Notes under the pieces: model-generated
The model's input: only the letters and a program-made list of their open reading frames with translations
Told to the model about the DNA's origin: nothing
Databases searched by the model: none
Program-made: the position numbers and the translations under genes
DNA from: Ylistrum balloti
Taxonomy: Eukaryota
Reading direction: 5' to 3'
DNA: 64,000 bases
NCBI RefSeq assembly: GCF_031769215.1
Contig: NW_026782212.1
Coordinates: 496,001-560,000, forward strand
Shown: positions 60,768-64,000 of the stretch, one piece after another
How the letters are laid out: each line of letters opens with the position of its first letter
How positions within the stretch are numbered: position 1 is the stretch's first letter

Positions 60768-62193
60768 GTGATTCAACTTTACTTTACAAGAATTAAAAAA
60801 GGGACCGTGATTCAACCTTAGCGTGATTCAGATTTACAAGAATTAAAAAGGGACCGTGATTCAATCTTAGTGATTCAGATTTACAAGAATTAAAAAGGGA
60901 CCGTGATTCAACCTTAGAGTGATTCAACCTTAGAGTGATTCAACCTTAGTGATTCAGATTTACAAGAATTAAAAAGGGACCGTGATTCAGCCTTAGAGTG
61001 ATTCAACCTTAGTGATTCAGATTTACAAGAATTAAAAAGGGACCGTGATTCAACCTTAGAGTGATTCAACCTTAGAGTGATTCAACCTTAGTGATTCAGA
61101 TTTACAAGAATTAAAAAGGGACCGTGATTCAACCTTAGAGTGATTCAACCTTAGAGTGATTCAACCTTAGTGATTCAGATTTACAAGAATTAAAAAGGGA
61201 CCGTGATTCAACCTTAGAGTGATTCAACCTTAGTGATTCAGATTTACAAGAATTAAAAAGGGACCGTGATTCAACCTTAGAGTGATTCAGATTTACAAGA
61301 ATTAAAAAGGGACCGTGATTCAACCTTAGAGTGATTCAACCTTAGTGATTCAGATTTACAAGAATTAAAAAGGGACCGTGATTCAACCTTAGTGATTCAG
61401 ATTTACAAGAATTAAAAAGGGACCGTGATTCAACCTTAGTGATTCAGATTTACAAGAATTAAAAAGGGACCGTGATTCAACCTTAGTGATTCAGATTTAC
61501 AAGAATTAAAAAGGGACCGTGATTCAACCTTAGAGTGATTCAACCTTAGAGTGATTCAACCTTAGTGATTCAGATTTAGAAGAATTAAAAAGGGACCGTG
61601 ATTCAGCCTTAGAGTGATTCAGATTTACAAGAATTAAAAAGGGACCGTGATTCAACCTTAGAGTGATTCAACCTTAGTGATTCAGATTTACAAGAATTAA
61701 AAAGGGACCGTGATTCAACCTTAGTGATTCAGATTTACAAGAATTAAAAAGGGACCGTGATTCAACCTTAGTGATTCAGATTTACAAGAATTAAAAAGGG
61801 ACCGTGATTCAACCTTAGTGATTCAGATTTACAAGAATTAAAAAGGGACCGTGATTCAACCTTAGAGTGATTCAACCTTAGAGTGATTCAACCTTAGAGT
61901 GATTCAACCTTAGAGTGATTCAACCTTAGTGATTCAGATTTACAAGAATTAAAAAGGGACCGTGATTCAACCTTAGTGATTCAGATTTACAAGAATTAAA
62001 AAGGGACCGTGATTCAACCTTAGTGATTCAGATTTACAAGAATTAAAAAGGGACCGTGATTCAACCTTAGTGATTCAGATTTACAAGAATTAAAAAGGGA
62101 CCGTGATTCAACCTTAGAGTGATTCAACCTTAGAGTGATTCAGATTTACAAGAATTAAAAAGGGACCGTGATTCAGCCTTAGAGTGATTCAGC
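60768..62193. repeat. Compound (two-level) minisatellite, about 1.43 kb: [GTGATTCAACCTTA(GA)]n + GTGATTCAGATTTACAAGAATTAAAAAGGGACC
   Basis: 23 complete units of 47-111 bp, n = 1-5, near-identical copies, plus degenerate first and partial last units. Confidence 0.98.
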
Positions 62194-64000
62194 TTTATAA
62201 AGTACTTTATTGTTTCCATGGTTGATAACGTATGCTTATTCAATTGGCAGTTTTCCTTCTTTCCTATTTTTATTCGGTAACGAGAAGAGTTAGTTTTGGC
62301 TCAACTTTCTAGTTGCAATGATTACAATTTATTTACATGTACGATGGTATTTGTGATTTTTTCAGACTCTCTCTATTCCAAGATATGATAATTGTTACGA
62401 CATTCACGTTAATCACAGTATAGCACACCAAATTTATCTGCGTTTATTAGTTATTAGCACGTGAATGTTCCTTCATGACTGAAACGCTGGAATTTGCTCG
62501 TCGCTTGAACAAGCGACTTTTATATTGTACATATCATATTAATATGTGTCTCAGTATCTCCCATGGGACCGGTTACCTTACACATTGTTATGCATTGTTA
62601 TCTATATTGAGATTTGGGTGTAGGGCTCTTTTAAAAGACCACGAAGACCATATATCATATTTCGTAATATACCATTTAATTGTTCCGACGTTATGTTAAT
62701 GCATTCCCGTAATTATAGAGCTACATTGACGGACTCGGAGATGTAACCATTTGACATTTCGTTTGTTAGATGCGGGACACCAGCATGGGCATTTTACGAG
62801 TTCGTCACAGCTTCGGATACTTTGTGTTCATGTAGAATGCTGACAGGGCTACACTGTATCTCTCTCCTGGTATTTCTTATCGTCGTAACACCTTCGTTGT
62901 AAGCTGACACTTACAGAAACAGGATATAAATCAGATTTTATTAGCAGACATAGATAGATAAAAGTAGATGTCCTTGTTCCTTTTGGCTGGCCTGGAATCT
63001 TAAAAACACGCGAATTTCATTTTACAGGTTATCTGAAACATTACGCTGCCACAAAACTTGAATGTAAATGTTTTGGAATATAAGAAATATGCATGTACAT
63101 GAACAAATCCGTTAACGCGTTCATATGAAAATATTTTCAAAGAGTGGTTTAACATCTGTTTCATGTGTTATGACAGTCACGCTATATTTTCTCATCAGAG
63201 GTAAAAGCAAAATGAAAATGGAGAGGGGAATATTTTTGCAGTGGCTTAATAACCTGTTCTGACTACGTTTATGAATATTTAATCATCAGTATTGGTAAAG
63301 TGATATGGAAACTCTCTCGATAAAACTGGACATTAAAACAGGATGGAACTGCGACGGTGTCTTGTGTTAAAATGTGTTTAAGTCTGACGAGCAATTACCC
63401 CGTCATAACTCATTCTCACCGTGTTTATTGTATATTTAATTTCCATACATAGTTGCCATACAGACTAATTTACAAGACTCGACCGACAACGTTATACTTC
63501 CTTTCGTAAAGATCGGCTAGGGATTAGAAATATTAAGTTTCTGTTTAAAAGTTTATCGTCCCAACGAACAGTGACAGTTGTGGCAGTTTTAGTATTTTTA
63601 CGGAGAGAAGCTATGCATAGACTCATTCCAACCGATTCATTTAATGTTGGGAATAACATGCAAACACGTGGATACATGACGGATAGTAAAACACGCCTAC
63701 AATAAATCGCCACCGTAAAGCTAACGTACCGTATAAAATGTCAAAATATATACCAGTTCTAGTCCAAACCAGAATGTTGTCATTTGTGTGAAGTACAGTC
63801 CAATTTGTTTAAAACCCCTAAGCCTTAAGACGACGCACATGTCGTAAATATAATGCATGCCAACAACTTGTGAGGATACAACTTTCCCAAGGACATCCTT
63901 GGCTAAGTTTGCAAGGAACAATAAATAACGAATGTGCTTGTACTTAGATGTAGGAGCGACTCCACTGGACTCGAGCCGTTTTACATTGCAACCTGCTCCA

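Noticed and set aside
60768-62193. CRISPR-like array
   Set aside because: There are no unique spacers (the variable part is just more copies of a 14/16-bp sub-repeat), no cas genes, and the context is eukaryotic. ORF 61135-61323 is a repeat artefact.

Overview
AT-rich, intron-rich animal genomic DNA, most likely a bivalve mollusc (inferred from the SINE type and repeat landscape). It carries two convergent (tail-to-tail) kainate-type ionotropic glutamate receptor genes. Gene A (+ strand) contributes only its last three coding exons (1-38, 2189-2448, 12295-12561). Gene B (- strand) is complete: I assembled 15 coding exons from ATG 57428 to TAG 21887, all with GT-AG introns and compatible phases, giving 2715 nt / 904 aa (signal peptide, ATD, S1, M1-M3, S2, M4, C-tail). 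Seven of its exons are not represented in the ORF track. Between the stop codons lies a decayed D,D34D mariner (13091-14335). Intron 1 of gene B holds a tRNA-derived V-domain SINE with a 10-bp TSD. A short unclassified repeat family is dispersed through the window, and a 1.43-kb two-level minisatellite sits upstream of gene B. The best leads are: an intronic complement pairing with the Q/R codon and 5' splice site of gene B; opposite residues in the two paralogs at the GluK2 M770 cation-pocket position; frame-preserving micro-exon candidates at the same C-tail position in both genes; a Cys pair replacing the conserved Trp loop in S1; and a uORF- and hairpin-rich 5' leader. No RNA evidence or database search was available, so all splicing, editing and regulatory calls are predictions.
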